Source: Elusimicrobia bacterium HGW-Elusimicrobia-3
GTDB taxonomy: Bacteria; Elusimicrobiota; Elusimicrobia; Elusimicrobiales; UBA9959
NCBI GenBank assembly: GCA_002840355.1
Contig: PHAL01000002.1
Coordinates: 39,278-103,277, forward strand
Length of the DNA: 64,000 bases
Direction of reading: 5' to 3'
How positions within the stretch are numbered: the first letter of the stretch is position 1; every line of letters starts with the position of its first letter. Below the pieces are notes generated by a model. It ran no database searches. It was not told the origin of the DNA and saw only the letters and a program-made list of their open reading frames with translations. Positions 7,276-16,408 of the stretch are shown here, piece after piece. A program made the translations under genes and the position numbers.

Positions 7276-9150
7276 ATGCTGAAAAAATGGGACGTGGCCC
7301 CGGCCCCCACGGATAAAAATCCGAGCCGGCACAAACTGCTGATAAAAGGGGAGATGAAGGACATCTTCCTGATCGTCAAGAAGCTCGGCAGCCTTTGCTC
7401 GCGTCCCGAGAAGACCAGCGGCGAATTCGATTTCATCATTTACCTCTCCAAGCTGGAGATGGACACTATGAAGAAGTTGAAGGCCGTGACCGCGGAGCTC
7501 AGCGGCCCGGCCCCGGCCGAAGAAGAGACCTTCGCCGACGAGCCCGCCCCTTTCGACGCGCCTAAGCCCAAACTCAAGACCGAACCTGCTCCGGCGCCGC
7601 AGCCCGCGCCTAAACCGGCCGAGCAGCCGGAGCCCATGGAGCAGCCCAAGCCGGCTCCTGCTCCCGCGCCCGCCCCGGCGCCGCAGCCGGCACCCATGCA
7701 GGCCGCGCCGCCGAAGCCCGTGGAGCAGCCCAAGCCGGCTCCCGTTCCGGCCCCCGCGCCCGCACCGGCCCCGCAGCCCGCCCCGCCTCCGGCCGAGCCG
7801 CCCCGCCCCGCTCAGCCCCCTTCGGGCAGGCCCGGCTCGGGCGTGCCGTCCATTTCCACCAGGACCAGGAAGGAGGAGCCCGCCCCGGCCGAAGCCGGCT
7901 CGCCTTCCGCCGCCGTCCCGGCCGCCGCCGCGCCATCGGCCTCGGCGCGCATCAAGGCCAAGTGGTCCATGGAGCTGCCGCTGATCCCGACCTACAGCTT
8001 CCAGACGCTGATCGCCGGTTCCCACAACCGGTTCGCCCACGCCGCCGCCATGGCCGTAGTGGAGAACCCGGGCGTGATCTACAACCCGCTGCTGGTGTTC
8101 GGCGGCCCCGGCACCGGCAAGACGCATTTCGTCAATTCCATCTCCTACGGCCTCTCGGCCTCCATCGGCCAGAGCAACATCTTCGTCACCGACGGCATAA
8201 AGCTGTCCAAGGGCGTGGAGATGGCCATCAAGGAAGGCGGCATGGAGCGCCTGGAGGGCCTGTTCTCCAAGGTGAAGGTGCTGATCATCGACGACGTGCA
8301 CATGCTGATGGTCTCCGAGTCCAACAAGAAGTACATCTCCAAGTGGCTCAATGACTTCGTGGCGCAGAACAAGCAGATCGTCGTTACCTCCGTCTTCCCG
8401 CCCAAGTCCCTGTCCGGGCTGGAGGAGGCCATCGGGTTCGAGTTCAGCCAGGGCTGGATGGTGGACCTCAAGACGCCGGCCTCGCAGGCCTACAAGGCCA
8501 TACTCAACCAGCTGCTGCAGGGCCGCGACATAAAGCTCTCCGAGGACGAGATGAACACCCTCTTCGCCTCCGCCGGCATGCCCTTCAACGAGGTGGCCAA
8601 GACGCTGGAGTCCGTGAAGAAGCTGGAGAAGTTCGTGGTGAACGCCATGAACAATTCCACGCACGCCCAGCTGCTGGAGACGCTGCTGGGGCAGGCGGAA
8701 ACCCCGATGGCCGGGGCCGTTACCGAGGAGGACGCGCACCACGCCTCCTCGTGGCACCCGTCGCAGATCGACTCGGCCTGGTTCAAGTGGGGCATCTTCT
8801 ACCCCAAGGGCATGAAGCGCGAGGCGGATTTCGCGCTGTTCAGCCTGCACGAGCGGGCCAAGGAACTGGGGCTCAATACCGAGTGGAGCCAGGTCTTCAT
8901 GGAGGAGTACAACTCCGACGAGCTCTACGGCATCCCCTTCAAGATAGGCAATTTCGCCAGCGACAAGAACGTCAACGGCGTCATCGTGCTCGGCCCGCAG
9001 CCCAGCTCGGCGCTAGGGGCGCAGGAGGCCGAGTTCCGCCACATCACGTTCAAGATCCTCGACAGCTTCCTGGTGAAAGGGGCGTGGCTCTACGCCGACA
9101 AGATAAAGTCGAAGGCGGCCTACGCCAAAATTCTGATGGACCTGGTGTAA
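7276..9150 (+). CDS. DnaA-domain-III-like AAA+ ATPase with a Pro/Ala linker and a non-DnaA C-terminal domain; no recognisable domain IV
   Basis: NRFAHAAAMAVVENPGVIYNPLLVFGGPGTGKTHF (Walker A), VLIIDDVHML (Walker B) and QIVVTSVFPPKSLSGLEE (DnaA sensor-I-like block). The C-terminal 160 aa show no DnaA HTH motifs. Confidence 0.75.
   Translation: MLKKWDVAPAPTDKNPSRHKLLIKGEMKDIFLIVKKLGSLCSRPEKTSGEFDFIIYLSKLEMDTMKKLKAVTAELSGPAPAEEETFADEPAPFDAPKPKLKTEPAPAPQPAPKPAEQPEPMEQPKPAPAPAPAPAPQPAPMQAAPPKPVEQPKPAPVPAPAPAPAPQPAPPPAEPPRPAQPPSGRPGSGVPSISTRTRKEEPAPAEAGSPSAAVPAAAAPSASARIKAKWSMELPLIPTYSFQTLIAGSHNRFAHAAAMAVVENPGVIYNPLLVFGGPGTGKTHFVNSISYGLSASIGQSNIFVTDGIKLSKGVEMAIKEGGMERLEGLFSKVKVLIIDDVHMLMVSESNKKYISKWLNDFVAQNKQIVVTSVFPPKSLSGLEEAIGFEFSQGWMVDLKTPASQAYKAILNQLLQGRDIKLSEDEMNTLFASAGMPFNEVAKTLESVKKLEKFVVNAMNNSTHAQLLETLLGQAETPMAGAVTEEDAHHASSWHPSQIDSAWFKWGIFYPKGMKREADFALFSLHERAKELGLNTEWSQVFMEEYNSDELYGIPFKIGNFASDKNVNGVIVLGPQPSSALGAQEAEFRHITFKILDSFLVKGAWLYADKIKSKAAYAKILMDLV
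7560..7810 (+). repeat. Pro/Ala-rich linker with an 84-nt direct repeat ((M/V)EQPKPAPxPAPAPAPQPAP)
   Basis: GGAGCAGCCCAAGCCGGCTCC occurs at 7638 and 7722. Confidence 0.75.
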
Positions 9151-9153
9151 ACG

Positions 9154-11088
9154 ATGCTCAGCGAACTCGTAGGAGCGGGCGTACTGGGGGCCACGGGCGC
9201 TTTCGGCGCTTACTGGTACCTGAAGTTCCGGGACGTGCTGCCCATGGAGAGCGCCCTGCGCGCCTCGCAGCGGTCGCTGCACGATTTCACCGCGTTCACC
9301 CGGGACACGATGGAGCGGGCCTACGCGCCCGAGCAGCCCGAGCATTACGGGGACATCGCCAATTATTACCTGATCAAGCTGCACAAGGTCTTTCCCGACA
9401 GCTGCCTGCTGGTCTTCGAGAAGGGGGACGGGCAGTGGCGCCTGGTCAACTACCTCAAGCATTTCAAGGCCGAGCCCAAGCTGCTCACTTCCTACAAGTG
9501 GAGCGCCTTCGACCGCAGTCTCGCCGACAGCGAGCTGCTGCGCTTCGACGACGCCCGCGCCGGGGACTACCAGGGCGTCGCCGAGCTGTTCTCCATCTTC
9601 GACATCCGCTCGGCGCTGATCTGCCCGTTCCGGCCGGCGGCCGGCGCTCCCGACAGGCTGATCCTGCTCGGCGCCCCGACGCCGGCGGCCTTCGACGCGG
9701 CGCAGCCCTACCTGCGCTTCGTGGCCTCGCAGCTTTCCTCCATCTCCAAGGTCTCCGACCGCGTCTTCGCGCTCAAGAAAGAATCCGACCACCTCAAGCA
9801 GGAGGTGGACGCGATGGTAAAAGAGCTGGACGTGGCCGGCTCGCGCCTGATACAGCGCGCCCGCGAGCGCAAGGCCCTCTACGAGGTGGTCACCAAGGTG
9901 ACCGGCCCCGAAAAGGACGCGCAGGGCGGCTGCGCCGCCATCCTCAACATCGTCGCCAAGATGATGGAGGCCGACGTGGTGGCCACGCTGCTCTTCGACG
10001 AGACCAAGGGCGAGCTGGTGGTCAGCCCCGGCGCCTACGGCATCCCCGACGAGGACCGGATGCTCTACAGCATCCCGCTGGGCAACCAGGCCAGCGCCTC
10101 GGTGCGCACCTTCCTCAGCCGCAAGCCGTTCATCACCGACGACGCCCAGGACGACCCGGACGTGCTGGCGCGCTACGCCAAGCTCTGGGAGATCCACTCG
10201 CTGATGATCGTGCCGATCTCGCTGCACGACCGCATTATCGGCGTGATGCGCGTGGGCAGCCGCCGCAAGGATTTCTTCACCCCCGACCAGCTGGAGTTCC
10301 TGAGCATCATCGCCGACGAGCTGGCGATCATCATAGAGATGTTCACGCTCTACGAGAACCTCTCCAACACCGCGCAGGAGCTGGCCCAGCTCAACAAGAT
10401 GAAGGACGAGTTCCTGGCCACCGTCAGCCACGAGCTCAAGACGCCGCTCACCACCATCAAGGGCTTCGTCTCCGTGATCCTCAGCGGCGAGGTGGGGCCG
10501 CTCAACGAGCAGCAGACCAATTTCCTCAGCGTCACGGACCAGAGCGTCAACCGGCTCAGCAGCCTCATCAACAACCTGCTGGACCTGTCGCGGCTCAACG
10601 GCAAGGTGGAGATGGAGTTCCAGAAGGTGGACCTCGCCGAGATGGTGCGCAACTCCATCTCGATGATGCTGCTCAAGGCCCGCGAGAACAACGTGGAACT
10701 GGTCAACGAGGCCAAGGAGCTGCCGCACGTGAAGGCGGACACGCGCTGGATAGCCCAGGTGATAGACAACCTGGTCATCAACGCCATCAAGTACGCCGGC
10801 CGCGGCGCCCACGTGAAGGTGACCGGCACCGACAAGGGCGAGGCCGTGGTCATCTGCGTAGAGGACAACGGCCCCGGCATCCCGGCCGAGGAGCAGAAGC
10901 TGGTGTTCGACAAGTTTTACCGGGGCAGGACCAGCCTCAACCAGGTGCCCGGCACCGGCCTGGGCCTGGCCATCTCCAAGTCGGTGGTGGAGAAGCACGG
11001 CGGCAAGATCTGGCTGGAATCCAAGCCGGGCAAGGGCTGCCGGTTCTGCTTCGCGCTGCCGGTGGACAAGACCCGCAAAGAAGCCTGA
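9154..11088 (+). CDS. Sensor histidine kinase (TM, GAF, HisKA, HATPase_c)
   Basis: N-terminal hydrophobic helix, a GAF-like region, H-box FLATVSHELKTPL, and N/G boxes (NAIKY, DNGPGIP, GTGLGLAI). Confidence 0.9.
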   Translation: MLSELVGAGVLGATGAFGAYWYLKFRDVLPMESALRASQRSLHDFTAFTRDTMERAYAPEQPEHYGDIANYYLIKLHKVFPDSCLLVFEKGDGQWRLVNYLKHFKAEPKLLTSYKWSAFDRSLADSELLRFDDARAGDYQGVAELFSIFDIRSALICPFRPAAGAPDRLILLGAPTPAAFDAAQPYLRFVASQLSSISKVSDRVFALKKESDHLKQEVDAMVKELDVAGSRLIQRARERKALYEVVTKVTGPEKDAQGGCAAILNIVAKMMEADVVATLLFDETKGELVVSPGAYGIPDEDRMLYSIPLGNQASASVRTFLSRKPFITDDAQDDPDVLARYAKLWEIHSLMIVPISLHDRIIGVMRVGSRRKDFFTPDQLEFLSIIADELAIIIEMFTLYENLSNTAQELAQLNKMKDEFLATVSHELKTPLTTIKGFVSVILSGEVGPLNEQQTNFLSVTDQSVNRLSSLINNLLDLSRLNGKVEMEFQKVDLAEMVRNSISMMLLKARENNVELVNEAKELPHVKADTRWIAQVIDNLVINAIKYAGRGAHVKVTGTDKGEAVVICVEDNGPGIPAEEQKLVFDKFYRGRTSLNQVPGTGLGLAISKSVVEKHGGKIWLESKPGKGCRFCFALPVDKTRKEA

Positions 11089-11101
11089 GCAGGGGGAATT
11101 T

Positions 11102-12199
11102 ATGAAGACTCTCGGCAGAATACTACCGCTCGTCATGCTGCTGTCGGCCTGCGCCACCCCGCCGGCCCCCGGCACTTTCCGCGCCGCGCCCGAGCCGCTG
11201 CTCAGCGAGGGCTCCGCGCCGTTCGACCCGCGCAATATCGGCGCCTCCGGCGAGGCCGCCGCGCTGGACGCCGAGCGCGCCGCGCTGCGCCGCGTGGCCG
11301 AACTCTTCATGGACGAGACGGCCCTCGCCGAGGGCTACGCCGCCCTGGAAGCCGGCCTGCTCAAGACCCCCCAGTTCTACGTGGCCAAGCGCAAGGTGCT
11401 CTCCGAGGGTCAGGACGGGGCCATGTACCGCGCCTCGGTGCGCGTGTGGCTGTACCACGACCGGATAGCCTCGGCGCTGCGCGGCCTCAACCTCGCCGGT
11501 CCCGGCGCCTCCGCCCCGGCGGCGGCTTTCGTGCAGCGCGGTACTGCCGACAAGGTCTTCGGCGCCGCTTTCCGCGAGGCTTTCTCCCGCCGCTCCAAGG
11601 TGGCTTTTAAAGAATATTCATTCACTTCCGACGCGGCCCTGCTCTCCGGGCCCGACGCCCCGCTGGCCGAAGCCGCCGCCGGCGCCGGCGCCGGCCTGCT
11701 CTTCGCCGCCTCCGCCTCGGTCGCGGCCGCGGGCGGCGGCCTGGACACCGGCTTCCACCCTTCGCGGGCCGACGCCTCGCTTAAGATCTACGACGCCCGC
11801 ACCGGCGCCGAGCTGCTGGCCCTGTCCGGCCAGGCCAGCGCGGTAGAGTCCTCCGAAGCCGCCTCCTTCTCCAAGGCCCTGGCCGCGGCCGGCGAACTGC
11901 TGGCCCAGGACGCCGCCTCCAGGTTCGACCGCCTCTTTAAAACGGACGCGCCGCTGCGCATCAGCGTCTCCGGCCTCGACGGCCTGGAACTGCTCGAGCG
12001 GCTCAAGGCGCAGCTGCAGCGCGGCGACTTCTCCGGCCTGCGCCTGGAAAGCTATGCCTCCGGCAGGGCGGTCTTTACCGCCGTTCCGCTGCGCTCCGAC
12101 ACGCAGGAACTAGCCAGCACGGTGCTGCGCAGCGACTCGATAGGTCTGGAACTGGACGCGGTGGGCCCCGGGGAGATGGCCTTCTCGCTGGCGCGCTGA
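11102..12199 (+). CDS. Lipoprotein of unknown function, first of a three-lipoprotein cluster
   Basis: Signal peptide with lipobox LLSAC. Ala-rich. Its stop overlaps the next start (TGATG). Confidence 0.65.
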   Translation: MKTLGRILPLVMLLSACATPPAPGTFRAAPEPLLSEGSAPFDPRNIGASGEAAALDAERAALRRVAELFMDETALAEGYAALEAGLLKTPQFYVAKRKVLSEGQDGAMYRASVRVWLYHDRIASALRGLNLAGPGASAPAAAFVQRGTADKVFGAAFREAFSRRSKVAFKEYSFTSDAALLSGPDAPLAEAAAGAGAGLLFAASASVAAAGGGLDTGFHPSRADASLKIYDARTGAELLALSGQASAVESSEAASFSKALAAAGELLAQDAASRFDRLFKTDAPLRISVSGLDGLELLERLKAQLQRGDFSGLRLESYASGRAVFTAVPLRSDTQELASTVLRSDSIGLELDAVGPGEMAFSLAR

Positions 12200-12816
12200 T
12201 GGCCAAGGCCGCGCCCCTGCTCTGCGCGGGCCTGCTGGCCCTGGCCTGCGGCTGCGCCGGCAAATCGGTGACGCTCGTTTCTCCGGCGCTGCGAGAGCTC
12301 GCCGACCCCAGGGTGGCGGTGCTGCCCTTCGACAACCAGAGCACCGACTTCAGCGCGGCCGACGTGCTGCGCCGGCTGGCCGCGGAGGGCTTTCAGAAGC
12401 GGGGTTACGCCACGCTGCCCTTCGAACAGGTGGACGCCGCGCTGACGGGGCTCGGGATCTCCGAGGGCGGGCAACTGCCGGCCGTTAAGCCGGAGGAGAT
12501 CGGCCGCGCGCTCGGAACGGACCTGCTGTGCTACGGGGACGTGCGGGATTTCACTTTTCAGAACCTCGGTTTCATCGTGCGCAAGAACGTGGCGCTGGAC
12601 GTGAAGGTGCTGTCCGCGGCCAGCGGCGAGACGCTCTACGAGGCGTCCGGGACCGGCCGGGACCTGAAGATCTACACCGACAAGGATGAGGCCAAGGCCG
12701 CCTTTGTCGGGCAGCTGGCGGTCAAGCTGGCGCAGAACCTGCTGAAGACGCCGCTGAAGAAAGAGGCGGAAGCCGCGGCCTGGAACGCGCTGAACGGCCT
12801 GCCTCGCAGGCAGTAG
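12199..12816 (+). CDS. Lipoprotein, DUF799/LpoB-like
   Basis: Lipobox LALAC. The motif VAVLPFDNQS...DLLCYGDVRDF resembles the small lipoproteins that accompany CsgG-like genes. Confidence 0.6.
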   Translation: MAKAAPLLCAGLLALACGCAGKSVTLVSPALRELADPRVAVLPFDNQSTDFSAADVLRRLAAEGFQKRGYATLPFEQVDAALTGLGISEGGQLPAVKPEEIGRALGTDLLCYGDVRDFTFQNLGFIVRKNVALDVKVLSAASGETLYEASGTGRDLKIYTDKDEAKAAFVGQLAVKLAQNLLKTPLKKEAEAAAWNALNGLPRRQ

Positions 12817-12834
12817 AAAAACAGGGAGGGGAAT

Positions 12835-13770
12835 ATGAAGAGAACCGCATTTATTATAGTGGCCATGATAGTCGCGGCGGGCTGCGCGCCCTCGCGCTCC
12901 GTCAAGCAGCAGCAGGCCATCAGCGTGAACGTCACCGAAAAGGTGCAGTCCTCGCTGACCGGTCCGAAGCGCCGCATCGGCGTCGTGGAATTTGAGAATA
13001 AGTCGGCCTACGGCCAGGGGCGCCTCGGCGGCGCGGCCTCCGACATCCTCGTCACCGAGCTGGTGAAGTCCGGCAAATTCATAGTGGTGGAGCGCGACCG
13101 CCTGAACAAGGTGATGGAGGAACAGAAGTTCCAGTCGCAGGGCATGACCGACCCGGCTACCGTGGCCCGGCTCGGCCAGGTGATGGGACTAGAGGCCATC
13201 GTGGTCGGCTCGGTCTCGCAGTTCGGCGTCAAGAAGGAAGGGTCCGACTACCTGCTCACCCAGTCCAAGCGCCAGCTCGCCGAAGTGACCGTGGACCTGC
13301 GCCTGATAGACGTGCAGAGCGGCCAGGTGATCATGGCCGACTCCGGCAAGGGCCGGGCCAAGAGCACCAAGGCCTCCTTCCTGGGCATGGGCACCAAGGG
13401 CGGCTACGACGAGACGCTGGAGGGCGAGGCGCTGCGCGCCGCGCTGGTGCAGTTCGTCACCAATATCGCCAGCCAGCTCAACAAGAAGGCCTGGAGCTGC
13501 GTGATCGCCGACGCCTACGGCGAAGAACTTTACCTTAACGCCGGGCAGGACTCGGGCCTGGAGACCGGGGCCAAACTGGACTGCTACCGCCAGGGCGCCG
13601 AGATCCGCGACCCGCGCTCCAACCTGGTCATAGGCCACCGCGAGGAATATATCGGCCGGGCCGAGGTGCAGCGCTACTGCGGCGAAGGCGGCGACTGCGC
13701 CGTGGCCCGCATCGTAAAGTCCGCCGGCGCCGCGGCCAGGGCCAAGGACGTCTGCCGCTTGGCTAAATAA
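12835..13770 (+). CDS. CsgG-family outer-membrane lipoprotein channel with an extra C-terminal beta-rich domain
   Basis: Lipobox VAAGC. RIGVVEFENKS...ILVTELVKSGKFIVVERDRLNKVMEEQKFQSQG is the CsgG family signature. Confidence 0.8.
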   Translation: MKRTAFIIVAMIVAAGCAPSRSVKQQQAISVNVTEKVQSSLTGPKRRIGVVEFENKSAYGQGRLGGAASDILVTELVKSGKFIVVERDRLNKVMEEQKFQSQGMTDPATVARLGQVMGLEAIVVGSVSQFGVKKEGSDYLLTQSKRQLAEVTVDLRLIDVQSGQVIMADSGKGRAKSTKASFLGMGTKGGYDETLEGEALRAALVQFVTNIASQLNKKAWSCVIADAYGEELYLNAGQDSGLETGAKLDCYRQGAEIRDPRSNLVIGHREEYIGRAEVQRYCGEGGDCAVARIVKSAGAAARAKDVCRLAK

Positions 13771-13822
13771 GGAGCCATCAACCCGACAGACCGTTGTCGG
13801 GTTGGCCTGCTATACTTAAATC

Positions 13823-15355
13823 ATGCTGTCGACACTGCGCACACTGTGCCTCAAGGGCATAGACGGTAAAGAGGTCAGCGCGGAGGTATATATCGCCTCC
13901 GGCCTGCCCGCTTACACCGTGGTAGGCCTGCCCGACGCCGGGGTCAAGGAGGCCAGGGACCGCGTAGTGGCGGCCGTGCGCAATTCCGGCTACGATTTCC
14001 CGGCCAAGCGCATCACGGTCAACCTGGCCCCCGCCGAGATCCGCAAGGCCGGCACGCATTTCGACCTGCCCATAGCGCTGGGTGTCATAGCCGCCACGGG
14101 CCGGCTGGGCAAGGAACCCCCGGCCCGCCTCAAGGAAACTTTCTTTATAGGCGAGCTGGCGCTGGACGGCAGGCTGCGCCCGGTGGCCGGCGTGCTGCCC
14201 ATGCTGCTGGCCCTTAAAGGGCGCGGCGCGGCGGCCGTGGTACCGGAGGGCAACGCCGCCGAAGCCGCTGTTTCGGGCGTGGACTGCCTGGCGGCGGCCA
14301 GCCTGAAGGAAGCCGCCGCCTGGGTGCGCGGTGAATGCGAACTGCGTCCCTGCGCCCCGGCCGCCGCCCCGCAGGGCGCCACGGTCTCCTACCCGGATTT
14401 TTCCGAAGTAAAGGGGCAGGCCTTCGCCAAGCGCGCCATGGAGATAGCCGCGGCCGGTTCGCACAATATCATCCTGGTCGGCCCGCCCGGCGCCGGCAAG
14501 AGCATGCTGGCGCGCCGTTTCGGCGCGCTGCTGCCGCCGATGACGCCGGACGAGTCGCTGGAGACCACCAAGCTTTATTCGGTCAGCGGCCTGGCCAGGG
14601 CCGGCGCCCTGTTGGCCAACCGCCCCTTCAGGGACCCGCACCATACCATTTCGGACGCCGCGCTGATAGGCGGCGGCTCCAGCCCGCGGCCCGGAGAGGT
14701 ATCGCTGGCCCATAACGGGGTGCTGTTCCTAGACGAATTCCCCGAATTCTCCCGCCAGGCCATAGAAGCCCTGCGAGAGCCGCTGGAGGCCTGCACGGTC
14801 ACCGTGGCGCGCGTCAGGGAGAGCGTGTGCTACCCGGCCCGCTTCCTGCTGGTGGCGGCCATGAATCCCTGCCCCTGCGGTTACCTCGGCCACCAGGCCA
14901 GGGAGTGCAACTGCACCCCGGTGCAGGTGCAGCGCTACCGCGCCAAGGTTTCGGGCCCCATACTTGACCGCATCGACCTGCAGGTGCAGCTCTCGGCCGT
15001 GAAATACGCCGACTGGGCCGGCCTGCCTTCCGGCGAGAGCAGCGCCGTCATCGCCGGCAGGGTGCTGGCGGCCAGGCAACGGCAGCGCGTCCGCTTCGGC
15101 CGGGAGCAGGCCAACGCTTTCATGGCCGGGGCCGAGTTGCGCAGGCATTGCGCCCTGCCGCAGGGCGCCTCGGCGGTGCTGGAAACGGCCATGAACAGGC
15201 TGGGGTTCTCCGCCCGTTCGCTGGACAAGATACTCAGGATCTCCCGCACCATCGCGGACCTGGAAGGTTCGCGCGACATTAGGAAAGAGGATATAGTAGA
15301 GGCGGTGCAGTACCGGATGCTCGATAAGGCGGCCGTGCCGGCCGTCGCCATTTAA
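13823..15355 (+). CDS. YifB/ComM family Mg-chelatase-like ATPase
   Basis: Lon-protease-like N-domain (ITVNLAPAEIRKAGTHFDLPIALG), Walker A GPPGAGKS, Walker B LFLDEFPEF. Confidence 0.9.
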   Translation: MLSTLRTLCLKGIDGKEVSAEVYIASGLPAYTVVGLPDAGVKEARDRVVAAVRNSGYDFPAKRITVNLAPAEIRKAGTHFDLPIALGVIAATGRLGKEPPARLKETFFIGELALDGRLRPVAGVLPMLLALKGRGAAAVVPEGNAAEAAVSGVDCLAAASLKEAAAWVRGECELRPCAPAAAPQGATVSYPDFSEVKGQAFAKRAMEIAAAGSHNIILVGPPGAGKSMLARRFGALLPPMTPDESLETTKLYSVSGLARAGALLANRPFRDPHHTISDAALIGGGSSPRPGEVSLAHNGVLFLDEFPEFSRQAIEALREPLEACTVTVARVRESVCYPARFLLVAAMNPCPCGYLGHQARECNCTPVQVQRYRAKVSGPILDRIDLQVQLSAVKYADWAGLPSGESSAVIAGRVLAARQRQRVRFGREQANAFMAGAELRRHCALPQGASAVLETAMNRLGFSARSLDKILRISRTIADLEGSRDIRKEDIVEAVQYRMLDKAAVPAVAI

Positions 15356-15365
15356 CTGGAGGCAT

Positions 15366-16373
15366 ATGAAAAAGATAGTCTTTGCGGCGTTATTCTGCCT
15401 TGTTCCTGCCGGGCTAGCCGCCCAGCAGCCCCTGTTGGACATTAAGACCCCCGCCGAACCGGAGGTCAAGACCGCTACACCGTCCGTAGCGGCGGCAGCG
15501 CCCGCCACTCCTACTGAAGCGGCTGAAATAATACCGGCGATAGCCCCCGGCGCTGCAAAGCCGGCGCCAAAATGGAAGCGCCAGCCCGCGGCCCCGGCTA
15601 AAGCCGCCCCCGCCCCGAAGCCCGCCGCCCCGGTCAAGGCGGTGGCCGCCCCCGCTCCCGCCGGGCTGCAGGCCGGGAAAACCCATACAGTTTCAGGCGG
15701 CGACACGCTCTGGGACCTTTCCGAAAAATACTACCAGGACCCCTATAAATGGGGGAAGATCTACAACGCCAACCTGCAGACCGTGGAGGACCCTGACCGC
15801 ATCTATCCCAGGGAGGAACTGGTGATCCCCGATATCACCGAAGAGGTCAGGCCGGTCAGGAAGCCCGCCGCGGTCTCCGGGTCCGATACTTTCAGGGAGC
15901 CCGGCGTCTCGGTTTCAGAAGTGCGGCAGCCCGCCGCGGCCGCGCCCCGGCCCGCCCCGGCCCGGCCCGGGGACGCGTTCATAGACGCCTACGACCAGCT
16001 CTCCGAGGAGATGCCGGAGCATCATAAGGAATGGGGCACAGGCGTAAAGATAGTGCCTGAAGGCTGGCGCGAGGACGGCGTGATAACGGCCAAACTCAAG
16101 AACGACGACGATTTTCTGAACGAGGCCATGGCCGTCTCCGGCGAGATGCTGCAGATAGCCATGAACGATTCCGGCCAGGTAAAGCCTGGAGATTATCTGG
16201 CCATCTACCTGAAGGGCTCCATGGCTTACGACAAGGCCGGCAAGGAACTGGGGCGGGAAGTGCAGCCGGCCGGCCTGGCCGAGGTTATAAGCGTGGACGG
16301 CTCGGAAGTAAAAGCCCGCATCGTGGAGGCCGTGACGGCCATTACCAAGGGTTTTATAGTCAAGAAGAGGTAA
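15366..16373 (+). CDS. Secreted LysM-domain protein
   Basis: Signal peptide, a Pro/Ala linker, LysM (HTVSGGDTLWDLSEKYY...IYPREELVIP), and an unknown C-terminal domain. Confidence 0.8.
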   Translation: MKKIVFAALFCLVPAGLAAQQPLLDIKTPAEPEVKTATPSVAAAAPATPTEAAEIIPAIAPGAAKPAPKWKRQPAAPAKAAPAPKPAAPVKAVAAPAPAGLQAGKTHTVSGGDTLWDLSEKYYQDPYKWGKIYNANLQTVEDPDRIYPREELVIPDITEEVRPVRKPAAVSGSDTFREPGVSVSEVRQPAAAAPRPAPARPGDAFIDAYDQLSEEMPEHHKEWGTGVKIVPEGWREDGVITAKLKNDDDFLNEAMAVSGEMLQIAMNDSGQVKPGDYLAIYLKGSMAYDKAGKELGREVQPAGLAEVISVDGSEVKARIVEAVTAITKGFIVKKR

Positions 16374-16408
16374 ACCGACCCGGCTGGCCGGGCGGGGGGG
16401 GGCGGAGG

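Noticed and set aside
5722-8850. Very long antisense ORFs (5722-8850, 9013-11310, 17798-20728, 20828-22789, 60101-61948, 62111-63877 and many shorter ones)
   Set aside because: Their translations are Arg/Gly/Ala/Pro/His-rich with no motifs. They lie exactly opposite genes with clear motifs. Long stop-free antisense frames are expected in GC-rich DNA.
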